A DNA stretch of 64,000 bases, taken from an uncultured Verrucomicrobiae bacterium. Lineage in GTDB: Bacteria > Verrucomicrobiota > Verrucomicrobiia > Chthoniobacterales > Chthoniobacteraceae. The translations under genes were made by a program, and so were the position numbers. A model generated the notes under the pieces. It made no database searches. It was not told the DNA's origin and saw only the letters and a program-made list of their open reading frames with translations. Of the stretch, positions 10,217-19,643 are shown one piece after another (position 1 is the first letter of the stretch; each line of letters begins with the position of its first letter). The stretch is taken from NCBI GenBank assembly GCA_963828525.1, contig CAWHEP010000014.1:224001-288000 (forward strand), in the 5' to 3' direction.

Positions 10217-12063
10217 TAGTACCTCGTGAGCGCTCCTCTGCTCCAACTTACCGCATCCAGGCTGCCAGGAGGCGATTTCGCCAAAAGATTGCTGTCATAG
10301 TTCCAGAACCGGGACGGCGGAGAGTAGATGTTTCCGGTATCCCAGAGTCCGGTGGCAATCGCGCTGTGGAACATTTGAATCATGGAACCGTAATACGTGA
10401 AGCTGTTGCCCGACCAGTCCTCAAGGAACCGGGGGAAGTTATTGAACCCTCCTGAGTAGTTCGTGGCTGTCCCAGGAACTGATCCTGCCAGGATGGCCGT
10501 GTTCACCGTGGTGTTCGAAGCATCGCGGCTTGAAAGCGATGAGCTGGAGTTTGTGTCCTTCCAACCGTTCGAAAGGATCGTCACCGCGTCTGCCATCACC
10601 GCGGAGGAAGGCCGTGAGTAGCCGGAGACGACCGGCGAAGTCGTTGTGCTCGATCCGGCGATCACCTGGCTCGTTCCCGCCGCGTTCGTCGGGACGTTGT
10701 TTATATTCCCGGCTTCGTTGCCGACGTTGTAATCGCCCTGGATGTAGAGCGGGTTCTCGGTCGCGACCGTCAAACCGTTGGTCGGCAGCACCGAGCCGTT
10801 CGTTAGCCGGATCGCCTTCTCATTCGTATCTGTAGTGGTCGCGGCGGTGGCGTCATAGATGTACAGGACGCCATTCTCGCTGGTGCCGTTGTAGCCGTTC
10901 ACGCTATTTAAGATGGGGGCGATCACCGAAATATCAACGGTTGTTACATCCATGTAGGATGCTTCCCTCGTGTCGTAAAATGTTTTCCCCTGCTGCTGCG
11001 ACAACCCCGCCAGTATGGAGCTTTGCTGCGCGGATGTGAGCGTCACCCCATTCTGCGTGGTGATGGTCTTGTTACTCCCGCTGATGGCGATGATGATCCC
11101 CGCTTTCGTGTAAAGGCGGCGCTGGCTCAGCGCGGAGGGATCCGTGTAGCTGGTATTCGGTGGTTCGATCAGGAACCGCATGCTGTCTTCATTTGGGTTG
11201 CCGTTTCCGGTGAAGTAGCTCGACTCGCTCGTGCCGAGAGGCTCCATGGTCGATACTTGCGAGGGCGTGGATGTCAGGTACGTCGGCGCGACTATGGTGC
11301 CGCCCGGGCTGTAGGCAGTAGCGCCTGTCGGAAACGTGTTCGTAGAGTAGTAGCTGCCGACATACGACACATTGTTGTCGAACTGCAAGGTGTAGCCCTG
11401 TTGCGTGCTGATGTAGGCGTTCCCGTTCGTATGGATGAGACCTTCTATCTCCATGTTCGCCGGCTTGTAGAATTCCAGGTCGTCCTCAAAAAAACCCATC
11501 GCCTGGAAGAGAGGAACATTTACGTAGTCGATGGAACGCCTCAGCCCATAGTCCACCGCGCGCCCTGCCGCCGTGGTGCTGCTGAGCCTCACGCTTTCGA
11601 TGTAGGAGTAGTCATACCCACTCCAGCCCGGATAGGCGGCCATATGCACTGGCGTGCCCGTGGAACTCGTCGTGGGAGCGCCGTAAGAGTCCACACAGTT
11701 GATCTGGATCGCGGAAGCAGTCGAAGAATACGCGAAGATGAACCCTTTGGGAGACATTGTCGTGGGCCAATTCACCAGGGGGCTTGGTGAAGGTCCGCGT
11801 ATGCGCGAGGGCAGATCGGTGGACTGCGGCGGCCCATACTTTGCAGCGGCGGCGGTAAGCCAGATGCCGTACGCCATATCCATCGCCCCTTCCGCGGCGA
11901 ACCGCAGTTGAGCGATATTCTGGCTGGAATTGCTGATTTGCGATTGTGTCCCGGACATTTCGAAGGCAACCCCTATCAGCGCGGTGAGCAGCATCACCGT
12001 CATCAGCGTCACGACCAGCGCGCTGCCCCCTTGGACATCGTTTTTGGCTTTTATAAGCTTCAT
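10216..12063 (-). CDS. PilX-like large minor pilin/pseudopilin
   Basis: GSALVVTL prepilin-like N-terminus lacking E5; AAEGA motif; C-terminal GGFNNFPRFLEDW...YYGSM...YSPPSRFWNYD. Confidence 0.75.
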   Translation of the reverse strand: MKLIKAKNDVQGGSALVVTLMTVMLLTALIGVAFEMSGTQSQISNSSQNIAQLRFAAEGAMDMAYGIWLTAAAAKYGPPQSTDLPSRIRGPSPSPLVNWPTTMSPKGFIFAYSSTASAIQINCVDSYGAPTTSSTGTPVHMAAYPGWSGYDYSYIESVRLSSTTAAGRAVDYGLRRSIDYVNVPLFQAMGFFEDDLEFYKPANMEIEGLIHTNGNAYISTQQGYTLQFDNNVSYVGSYYSTNTFPTGATAYSPGGTIVAPTYLTSTPSQVSTMEPLGTSESSYFTGNGNPNEDSMRFLIEPPNTSYTDPSALSQRRLYTKAGIIIAISGSNKTITTQNGVTLTSAQQSSILAGLSQQQGKTFYDTREASYMDVTTVDISVIAPILNSVNGYNGTSENGVLYIYDATAATTTDTNEKAIRLTNGSVLPTNGLTVATENPLYIQGDYNVGNEAGNINNVPTNAAGTSQVIAGSSTTTSPVVSGYSRPSSAVMADAVTILSNGWKDTNSSSSLSSRDASNTTVNTAILAGSVPGTATNYSGGFNNFPRFLEDWSGNSFTYYGSMIQMFHSAIATGLWDTGNIYSPPSRFWNYDSNLLAKSPPGSLDAVSWSRGALTRY

Positions 12064-13031
12064 GGCGAGGCCGACTCGATCGCGTTGCGCGGCCGAAGCA
12101 CGGTGTTGAAGTTTACGTAGTTATTGAACTTAAGGCTCTGCTTGTTGGCGAGGTAGCTTGAATAGGCTTGCGCCGACACGGCCAGCGAGACCGAGACGTA
12201 GCTTCCTGTGCTTGTCCCAGTGACAAGGCTGAACGGAGTCGGGCTCCCGGTGCTCAGATCGCGCGTCAGGATCGTTGGCGATAATGCCGACTGGTTGGTT
12301 GCTATTGTATTGTTGGACGAGCTGTTGCTGCCGGGGTTTGTCACGCCTTCCATGGTGGGGTAAAAGTCCAGTTGGGAGCCGTTGACAATGAACGCTTCCT
12401 CGCGCGCCAGCACCGCTGTCTTTAACGCGGGCGCGATCCACTGGATTGTGGCCGCCGGCGAGACATGCACGCTCAGCGTAAGCACCGAGTTTGAATTTGA
12501 GACTACCGTCGCGATATCTGTGACGACATAACGGGCGCTCGTTCCGTCGATGAGCAGCACATCATTCGGCAGCACCTCTTGTTGAGAAGATGAGCCTCCG
12601 CTGTTCGTGAATGTTCGAAACGGCAGCGGCGGCGAGGCGAGGGGATCCGTCGAGCGTTGTATCTGGATGGTGCTCGCGGCGGAAAGCCCCGTCCCTGATG
12701 CTCCTCCGGGGTTCACCACCACATATTTTGCGCCCAGGTATTTGTCGAACCGGACACCCGCTGCCGAGCCCGACTGGTTGCTCTGGATCGTGCCGGCCGA
12801 GACGTTTATCAGCTCCGGCAACGCCGTAGCCCCGCTGATCTCGGCGTTCATCCGGTCCAGCGAATAGCGCAGAGCGATATTTGAGCAATTTAGCGAATAC
12901 CCCTTAGCGTAAAGAGTGGTGCCCATGGAAAGCAGGTAGAAGGCGACTGCTCCCACGAGCAGCATGGAGCCGAGCGCGATGATCATTTCGAGCAGCGTGA
13001 ACCCTGTGTTGTTGCGGCAGTGGCTTATCAT
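12060..13031 (-). CDS. Prepilin-type N-terminal cleavage/methylation protein (PilW-like)
   Basis: GFTLLEMIIAL; ATGA overlaps at both ends. Confidence 0.85.
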   Translation of the reverse strand: MISHCRNNTGFTLLEMIIALGSMLLVGAVAFYLLSMGTTLYAKGYSLNCSNIALRYSLDRMNAEISGATALPELINVSAGTIQSNQSGSAAGVRFDKYLGAKYVVVNPGGASGTGLSAASTIQIQRSTDPLASPPLPFRTFTNSGGSSSQQEVLPNDVLLIDGTSARYVVTDIATVVSNSNSVLTLSVHVSPAATIQWIAPALKTAVLAREEAFIVNGSQLDFYPTMEGVTNPGSNSSSNNTIATNQSALSPTILTRDLSTGSPTPFSLVTGTSTGSYVSVSLAVSAQAYSSYLANKQSLKFNNYVNFNTVLRPRNAIESASP

Positions 13032-13552
13032 CTGTCGGGCGCCCGCAGCGTCGTGGCCTGGTAGGTCATTTGCCTTCGGAAAAGCGAGTAGCTCATCGTG
13101 AAGGTCACGATTCGGGTATTTGCGTTGTCGGTGGCGTCGGCAGTGCTCCACAGCGTCACCGACTTCGTCAGGGTTCCGGTCACGACCGCCGCGCCGGTCG
13201 TATCTGGCAGGAGGTTAATTGGGTTGCTTGCGCCCGAGGGGTAGTCAATGCATTGAACGGACGACCCTGTCACCGTGAGGATCGCCGGAACGCTTGAGGC
13301 CGTGAAAGGCGCCGCGTTCGCCGCCTCGACATTCCGATCCACAACCTCCTTGGCCGTGGTCATGATGCGCGCGGCAGCCGCGATGTGGTTCATCGTCAGC
13401 AATGCGGGCATCGCCGCCGTCGCGTAGAGCGAGATAATTGCCATGCCGATCAGCACTTCCAGCAAGGTTATGCCACGCTCGACGCCATGACAGTGCGGCT
13501 TCCCTCCATAGGGGAGCGGCCTTCTTGCGCTGATCGACCGTCCGAAACACAT
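13028..13552 (-). CDS. Prepilin-type N-terminal cleavage/methylation protein (PilV-like)
   Basis: RGITLLEVLIGM followed by a hydrophobic helix. Confidence 0.8.
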   Translation of the reverse strand: MCFGRSISARRPLPYGGKPHCHGVERGITLLEVLIGMAIISLYATAAMPALLTMNHIAAAARIMTTAKEVVDRNVEAANAAPFTASSVPAILTVTGSSVQCIDYPSGASNPINLLPDTTGAAVVTGTLTKSVTLWSTADATDNANTRIVTFTMSYSLFRRQMTYQATTLRAPDR

Positions 13553-13608
13553 TTCTGCAACCAACTGATGAGCAGGAATGGTGCCCCGCTTAAGGTAGGA
13601 CGCCCAGG

Positions 13609-13721
13609 GTAGGGATGCCTCGCCGAGGCGTCCGCAACCTCTCTACGCCCCCGCAACAAACCAGCCCGGAACAAGACTCTCTAAAAATACCCGCTTATCA
13701 ACGTCCAATGCGAAGAATCCA
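13609..13721 (+). repeat. GTAG-REP-headed ~110 bp element, copy 1
   Basis: GTAG-GGATGCCTC-GCC-GAGGCGTCC hairpin, then CCGCAACCTCT...ATCAACG...GCGAAGAATCC; matches 17430-17540. Confidence 0.8.
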
Positions 13722-13816
13722 ATGGAGAGAAGCTCAGGTAGCAAACCCTGGCTAAAGCACCGCACATCCCCAAGCTCATTCCCCGCATAGCGCCATAGCG
13801 CCCTAACGTGCCCCCT

Positions 13817-14425
13817 CTAACCCGCTACCGCGTCGCCCGACCCCGCTGGCACCTCAGCCTCATCCGTCCCTCTACGAACCACCGCCATTGAAGCCAAAAA
13901 CAACCCGGTAAACAGCAAGTCGCTAACAAACGTATTCTGAAAAAACACCCACGTCGGCGGGTATCCTGGAGTTCCAACCGTGAGCGCCTGCGCCCATCCG
14001 CTGACGGTCTTCGCGTAAGCGGGCGAACCCAGCCAGGAAGCGGTATTCGTCACCGCATAAAAACCGAGCGATCCCGCGATCGCCCCGCCCATCACGTAAA
14101 GGACGCGAGCATGCCCCCGAAGCGCGTAGCCAAGAGCAGCAATGCAGCCAAACGCGATATACCGCGAAAGCATCTCCATCGAGACGAGCGGCGCTCCGTA
14201 ATGCGCGTTCAGGATAAGATCAGAAATAAACAGGATTGCCAGCGGCAAGGCAAAGGCCAGGCGTCTGGAGAGATAGACGCCTCCACAAAGCGCGATCGCT
14301 GTCAGAGGCGAAAAGTTGGGCAGAAACGAAGAGCCGCCCGAGATCAAAGGCCCCATGCGAAAGAAAACCGCCACGGCAAACAGGGCAAATGCGACCATTG
14401 TCTCAGCGGGGAAGCGGCTCTTCAT
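13817..14425 (-). CDS. DUF6580-family membrane protein, putative cobalamin transporter (S-component-like)
   Basis: About 6 TM segments; PNFSP...SDLIL...FYAVTN...W...G.P...F.N...DLLF; lies downstream of btuB. Confidence 0.7.
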   Translation of the reverse strand: MKSRFPAETMVAFALFAVAVFFRMGPLISGGSSFLPNFSPLTAIALCGGVYLSRRLAFALPLAILFISDLILNAHYGAPLVSMEMLSRYIAFGCIAALGYALRGHARVLYVMGGAIAGSLGFYAVTNTASWLGSPAYAKTVSGWAQALTVGTPGYPPTWVFFQNTFVSDLLFTGLFLASMAVVRRGTDEAEVPAGSGDAVAG

Positions 14426-14493
14426 AGTCCGCGACTATCATCGCAAACCCCCGCCTTCTCAATCCTTTTCCGCTGACCGGTGGATCACGCCAC

Positions 14494-14520
14494 AGCGCCC
14501 GCCGCTCTCCGGCGGGCGCT
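14494..14520. other. GC-rich intergenic stem-loop
   Basis: AGCGCCCGCCG-CTCTC-CGGCGGGCGCT, an 11-bp stem with no U-tract. Confidence 0.55.
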
Positions 14521-14559
14521 CCCCTGGCGTTTGAACCAGCGCGAACCTTCAATGAAAAC

Positions 14560-16491
14560 TCAAAACTTCAACTCCACGCCCCCGTAGGCTCCAAATGGCA
14601 GCCCCGGGTATCCAAGCGCGTTCTCATACCGGCTGCTGCCCAGGTTCTCCCCCCTGAAGAACACCGCCATGTGATCGTTCACCGTATATCGCGAATAGAT
14701 TCTCACCGTGCAGTAGTCCTGTAGATTCACCCGAGCCACCGGGAATACGGAGAAATCGTTGTCCACGCGCCCCGCCATGTAGGTGAGTCCGCAGCCAACG
14801 AGCAACTTGCCAAAAAAGAGGTCATTTGTGTCCAGGCTCAGTTCATTCTCCGGCAACTGCTCCCGTCGAAGCGTGATTCCGCCCGAGTTGTAGGTCGAGC
14901 GCAGCCACGTGTAAGCAAGCCGCGTCCTCCACTCCCCTAGGAGCGTCATCTGCGCGGCCAGTTCCACCCCGTGATTCTGCGCGGTGTCGCGATTCACATA
15001 GAACCCTGTGACCGAACTGGTGTCCACAAAGGCGATCACGTCCCGTATGTTGTTCTGAAAGTAGCTGGCGCTCAGGACAACGTTGCTATTGCACAGGTAT
15101 TGATCAATGCCCGCGTCCCAGCCTTCCGACCTCTCGGGCCGCAACCCGGGAGCGCCGTGGAAGGCGGTCGAGTTCGAATAGAGTTCGAACAGGGAAGGCG
15201 CTTTGAATGCCGTTCCGTAGCTGCCGCGTATTTTCGTATTGGTCGGGAACAGGTAATCACCCGTAAAGCGGTAGGTGAGCGCGTCGCCCGCTTTCTCGTA
15301 GCGGTCGAACCGTGTGCCGGCGGTGAGATCGAGGTTTTTAACCGGTGTCCACTCGTCCTGGATGTATGCCGCAAAATCCGAGATGCTGGTATATGAGAAC
15401 GAATTGTCGTGCCCGGTGAATTCGTTGAAAGCCAGCCCGCCTGTCAGCCGGTTGTTGGACGCGATCCGCACCGTGTGCTGCCAGTCCGCGGAATAATTGG
15501 TGGCGTTGCTGAAGTAGTGGGTTGGGAAGAAAAAGTTCCCCGCATAGGAGGGATCCTCCAGCCCGTAGTGCTCAAAGTAAACGCCCAGCGTCAATTTCTG
15601 CGTCCACTGTGGAGCCAGCTTTAGCTCGATTACCGCGTCCACCAGATTGCTCTGGCCCGTCGTGTGCGAGCCGGGATCATTGCTGGCAAAATCCTGCGGG
15701 CGATCACTTCCCGGTTCCTGGTAATGCCCGTCCAGCCCCACCACATCCAGCCGCAGGCTCAGCATATCGAGAATCTGGTAATCAAGCCGCAGGGAATAAC
15801 GGTTGATCGACAGATCGTTATTTTGCCGTTTGTTCTGGGTGTCATCCCTCTCGTAAGTGAACGAGTAGTCCGCCGCCTTTCCGAGCGCCCCCTGGCTGCC
15901 GAGACTTTCCCGGAAAGAGTCGAAACTGCCCACCTCGGCCAGAAAGTCCACGCTCGGTGGCCCTCCGCCCCGCGCGGTGTCCAGCGAGATCACGCCTCCG
16001 ATCCCTTCCGACCCGTAAAGCGTGCTTTGAGGTCCGCGCAAGACCTCGATGCTCTCCAGGCCGCTCGTGCCGGCGTATGCCAGGAACGGCTCGGCGTTCT
16101 GGAAGACGCCCGTATTGATGCGGACACCGTTCACGAGAAACAGGGTATCACTGCCCCGGTTTCCGCGGATCGACACTGTGGCGAACCCGCCACGCCCCCC
16201 CGCGTCCACTGCGACGACTCCCGGCACGGTATCCAGCGCCTGGCGGAGATCGACATCCTGCGCCCGCTGCATCTTGTCCGCGCCCACCCGCGTCACCGCG
16301 CTCCCGATTTTTGTCTCAACCTGTGGGTTTCGCGTCGCCGAGATCACGATTGTCGGCACAGGAGTTGTTCCTGTTTCTTCCATCGCGTCGATGGCGGGTT
16401 CCCTTAGTTTGGATTGCGGGGTGGCATTCTGCGCGAGTGCCACTTGGGTACAGGTCAGGATGGTGATGGCGGCGATATAGGATGTTTTCAA
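14560..16491 (-). CDS. btuB: TonB-dependent receptor, cobalamin (BtuB-like)
   Basis: Signal peptide, VISATR TonB-box region, plug motifs SIRG and IEVLRGPQSTLYGS, C-terminal F; riboswitch upstream. Confidence 0.85.
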   Translation of the reverse strand: MKTSYIAAITILTCTQVALAQNATPQSKLREPAIDAMEETGTTPVPTIVISATRNPQVETKIGSAVTRVGADKMQRAQDVDLRQALDTVPGVVAVDAGGRGGFATVSIRGNRGSDTLFLVNGVRINTGVFQNAEPFLAYAGTSGLESIEVLRGPQSTLYGSEGIGGVISLDTARGGGPPSVDFLAEVGSFDSFRESLGSQGALGKAADYSFTYERDDTQNKRQNNDLSINRYSLRLDYQILDMLSLRLDVVGLDGHYQEPGSDRPQDFASNDPGSHTTGQSNLVDAVIELKLAPQWTQKLTLGVYFEHYGLEDPSYAGNFFFPTHYFSNATNYSADWQHTVRIASNNRLTGGLAFNEFTGHDNSFSYTSISDFAAYIQDEWTPVKNLDLTAGTRFDRYEKAGDALTYRFTGDYLFPTNTKIRGSYGTAFKAPSLFELYSNSTAFHGAPGLRPERSEGWDAGIDQYLCNSNVVLSASYFQNNIRDVIAFVDTSSVTGFYVNRDTAQNHGVELAAQMTLLGEWRTRLAYTWLRSTYNSGGITLRREQLPENELSLDTNDLFFGKLLVGCGLTYMAGRVDNDFSVFPVARVNLQDYCTVRIYSRYTVNDHMAVFFRGENLGSSRYENALGYPGLPFGAYGGVELKF

Positions 16492-16621
16492 GCGTACAGG
16501 ACTCCAGGTTTCGAGAGATCGAAAGGGAGTGCTGCCGCACGAGTTTCTGATCTCTCATTCTTCTTTCTTGCGAAGAAGTTTTTTCGAGCCGTCCGCAATC
16601 GCGGCGGCACGAATGAGAGCA

Positions 16622-16770
16622 CGCGGGGCGAATGTTCTGACTTCTGGCTTAACCTTCTCTCCGCCTTCACCACCGGTTGCCCGGCGATTGGCATTTGGAG
16701 AGTCGTATCCAGTTACAGCAGCGCAACTGTTCCCGATTCACACGGGATTTCTCGCGTCCGCGCGCAACTA
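16622..16770 (-). ncRNA. Cobalamin riboswitch
   Basis: Minus strand: GAGAAA-TCCCG-TGTGAAT-CGGGA-ACAG-TTGCGCTG-CTGT-AA-CTGG...CTCTCC...GCCAAT...TGAAGGC-GGAGAG...CCAG-AAGTCAGAA; lies upstream of the TonB receptor. Confidence 0.8.
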
Positions 16771-16969
16771 CTAAACTGCCAAAGAACAGCCGCCACTTTG
16801 TGCGAGCGAATGGAAAGATCAAGCGTATTCTTTTGATTAAGCGTCGTCTTGCTACCCCCTGGTCCCAAGGTTGCAAACAAGGAATCAAACACTTGGAATC
16901 GCTATCCCCAATTTGACAAAAAGCCCCGTCCTGCGGAAATTATGTCATTGATTTAACCTCATTACTCCT

Positions 16970-17428
16970 ATGCGAAAAATAACAGTATTTCTGTCAGGTC
17001 TGGCGGCGGTTTTCTGCATTGCTTCGACAGCGCTCGCCCACGAGGGGTGGCATGGCGGCCGGGGAGGGGAAGGCTGGCATGACAGGGGCCGCATATCCAT
17101 CGGTTTCGGTTTTTACCCCGGTTACTACGGCGGCTATCCGTGCGATTACGGTTACGGATATGGCCCCGGCTACTACTACCCTTATTACGCTCCATACCCC
17201 ACAGTGTATCGGGGGTATGAAGTCGAACCGCCCATGCGCGGTAGCGAGCGTTCGGTCGATGCCTCCGTCGAGGAATCTCTTGCGCATCAAGGCTACTACC
17301 ATGGGTCCGTCGACGGAGTCATCGGCCCGCAAGCGAGAGAGGCGATCCGCGCCTACCAGCGCCAGCACGGCCTGACCGTCACAGGAACCGTCAACACCGC
17401 CCTCCTAAGGTCCCTGGACCTCGAATAA
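16970..17428 (+). CDS. Secreted Gly/Tyr-rich protein with a C-terminal peptidoglycan-binding domain
   Basis: LAHQGYYHGSVDGVIGPQAREAIRAYQ..HGL.VTG, the PG_binding_1 pattern. Confidence 0.85.
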   Translation: MRKITVFLSGLAAVFCIASTALAHEGWHGGRGGEGWHDRGRISIGFGFYPGYYGGYPCDYGYGYGPGYYYPYYAPYPTVYRGYEVEPPMRGSERSVDASVEESLAHQGYYHGSVDGVIGPQAREAIRAYQRQHGLTVTGTVNTALLRSLDLE

Positions 17429-17429
17429 G

Positions 17430-17660
17430 GTAGGGAAGCCTCGCCGAGGCGTCCGCAACCTCTCCACGTCCCGCAACGAACCCGCCCCGAACAAACTCCT
17501 AATACGCCCCCGGCGTATCAACGCCAAAGCGAAGAATCCCGCAACCTCCCCACGCGTTGTAACTAACTGGCTCGGAACAAACTCCTATCAGGAGTCGCCG
17601 CTCTGCGACGTCCGCAACCTCTCCACGCCCCCGTAGCTAACCGGCGGCACAAACTCCCCG
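17430..17660 (+). repeat. GTAG-REP element copy 2 plus degenerate tandem units
   Basis: CCGCAACCTCYCCACG at 17453, 17539 and 17612, each followed ~20 bp later by ACAAACTCC. Confidence 0.8.
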
Positions 17661-17695
17661 AATACGCTCGCCCCGAGCCTATCTATCTACCCACC

Positions 17696-19432
17696 CTACC
17701 ACCGCTTCCGGTCACTATAGTACAAACACTGGTGATTAAACGGCAACGCTGTCGCCGCATGGAACGGCCCGTTCTTCACATTTGCCACGCCCATGATGAA
17801 CGCCCGCCAATCCCGGTAATCGCCATCCACGATGTCGCTCCGGAAGCCCGCGTTGCCCGACACCGGCGTCAAAAAAAGCCCCACGATCGGCCCGCCCAGC
17901 TTGTTGAAGTCATTCAGGTTCTCTAGCTCCTGATACATCGTCGGCAGCCAGAGACTCTTGCGATCCGCGTACCAAGCCACCGCCCACGGCATGTCCGACG
18001 CGATCACCTCATCCGGACCTGTCCACTCCCGCAGGTAGGCAATGACTGGCGGAACATACGGCGGCCAATTGAAGAACCCCTGCTCCTGGATCAGGGCGTT
18101 TAGCAGCGGGAAAGCCGATATGAGATACACCAGGCAGATGAAGCCGACCTGAAGAACCCGGTTCGGAACCTCCATCCGGCGGTGCAGCAGCACCAGCAGG
18201 AACGCCAGGCCATAGAAGATCGTCACCGGTATGAAAAGCACCCCGAGGTCGCTTGCCTGTACCTCCACCTTCGTATCGAGTCCAAATAGCGCCATCCCGA
18301 ACGCTCCCGCCAGGATCATGCATAGCGCGCATCGCTGGAATGCCGCGGTTTCTTGCCGCTTGAACTTGTGAACCAGGCAGGCCAGGAACAGAGGCGCCAC
18401 AAGGCTGGAACCGAGAAGTCCGTTCATTCGCGCGATCTGGAACAGCGCCTGCGCCTGCAGCTTCGTGTGGAACGTCACCGGCCCCACTCCTTCCATGTCA
18501 AATGTCAGTGAGCGCATGATCGCGCTCTCAGACTTCACCACATCCCGCAGGAACCCATAGAACCCCAGCCCAAATGGCTCCCCGCACACCACGTAGTTGC
18601 GGATCAACCACGGCGCGTAGAAAACGCTGAAGACCCCCAGCATCACCAGCGCCAGCCGCCCTCGCGGACGGAACGCGATGCTTACGTAGATCAGCGCCCC
18701 CAGGAAAATCCAGATCGTCAGCGCGTGCGTCAGCGCCAGCATCCCGAACAGCGCCCCCGCCGCAGCCGCCCATTGCCACGACCGGCCCGGCGCGTCCCTG
18801 GCCTCGATCGCCCGCAGCAGCGTATAGGCGGCGCCGCTGAAAAGGAGCAGCATCAGCATCTGCGGCAGGCCGGACAGGGCGAACTCCCAGAACCGGTTGC
18901 AAACCAGGACCAAACCCGCCGCCAGCAGCGCCAGATGCGAGTCAAACAGCCGCCGCGCGATGAGGTAGTTCACCCACACCGAGAGCAGGAAGAAGCCAAT
19001 CGCCACATGCGCGATCATCCGGTCGCACGGATTTCCCCCCGCGATACTTGAATCGTTGGAAAGATTTAGGTTCGGCGTCATCTGCCACGAACTCCGCACC
19101 AGCCGCAGGAACACCGAGTTTATGTAAGGGCCCAGCGGCGCGTGGTACAAGTCCGGCAGCGCCGCCGGCGTAAACGCCCTGCCCTCGTGCTGAAGCTCCC
19201 AGTACTCAAGCGGCCGGATCATCTTCGTCGTGAACCCGTTCCCCCGCGCGATCTCGCGGGCGATCTGCGCCTGATCCATCCCCTCCGGCGTCGAAAGCCC
19301 CCGAAACCGGATCAGCGAGAACACCGTTACCGCGATGATCGCCACAAACAGCGCCGCCAGTCTGATCCGGCGCAGCGACGAAGCCGCTTCCAGCCGCAGA
19401 AGCAAGGATTGGATGAGAGTTTCACTGGCCAT
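17696..19432 (-). CDS. GT-C fold (PMT/ArnT-like) membrane glycosyltransferase
   Basis: Multi-TM; DQAQIAREIARGNGFTT and HAPLGP in the first loop; PWLIRN; IASDMPWAVAWY. Confidence 0.75.
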   Translation of the reverse strand: MASETLIQSLLLRLEAASSLRRIRLAALFVAIIAVTVFSLIRFRGLSTPEGMDQAQIAREIARGNGFTTKMIRPLEYWELQHEGRAFTPAALPDLYHAPLGPYINSVFLRLVRSSWQMTPNLNLSNDSSIAGGNPCDRMIAHVAIGFFLLSVWVNYLIARRLFDSHLALLAAGLVLVCNRFWEFALSGLPQMLMLLLFSGAAYTLLRAIEARDAPGRSWQWAAAAGALFGMLALTHALTIWIFLGALIYVSIAFRPRGRLALVMLGVFSVFYAPWLIRNYVVCGEPFGLGFYGFLRDVVKSESAIMRSLTFDMEGVGPVTFHTKLQAQALFQIARMNGLLGSSLVAPLFLACLVHKFKRQETAAFQRCALCMILAGAFGMALFGLDTKVEVQASDLGVLFIPVTIFYGLAFLLVLLHRRMEVPNRVLQVGFICLVYLISAFPLLNALIQEQGFFNWPPYVPPVIAYLREWTGPDEVIASDMPWAVAWYADRKSLWLPTMYQELENLNDFNKLGGPIVGLFLTPVSGNAGFRSDIVDGDYRDWRAFIMGVANVKNGPFHAATALPFNHQCLYYSDRKRW

Positions 19433-19643
19433 CGAGTCGGCTTCCGTCGCTACAACAAAGGAAACGGGGCAGGGACCACATTGCGCGGCGCACCCCTCCG
19501 CCGCAACGAAATACGAGCGCGCAAGTGTCCCCGCGCAAGCCGCGCCCTTTGGGATTTTTCCAGAAAGATTATAAACTCTACTTGCGAGATATACATTAAT
19601 ACTCTACTGGTTCACTCGTGTATCACGTCCATCTCAATCCAAA

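Noticed and set aside
17430..17660. Possible CRISPR array
   Set aside because: Only three degenerate units with uneven spacing, the 'spacers' resemble each other, and there are no cas genes.
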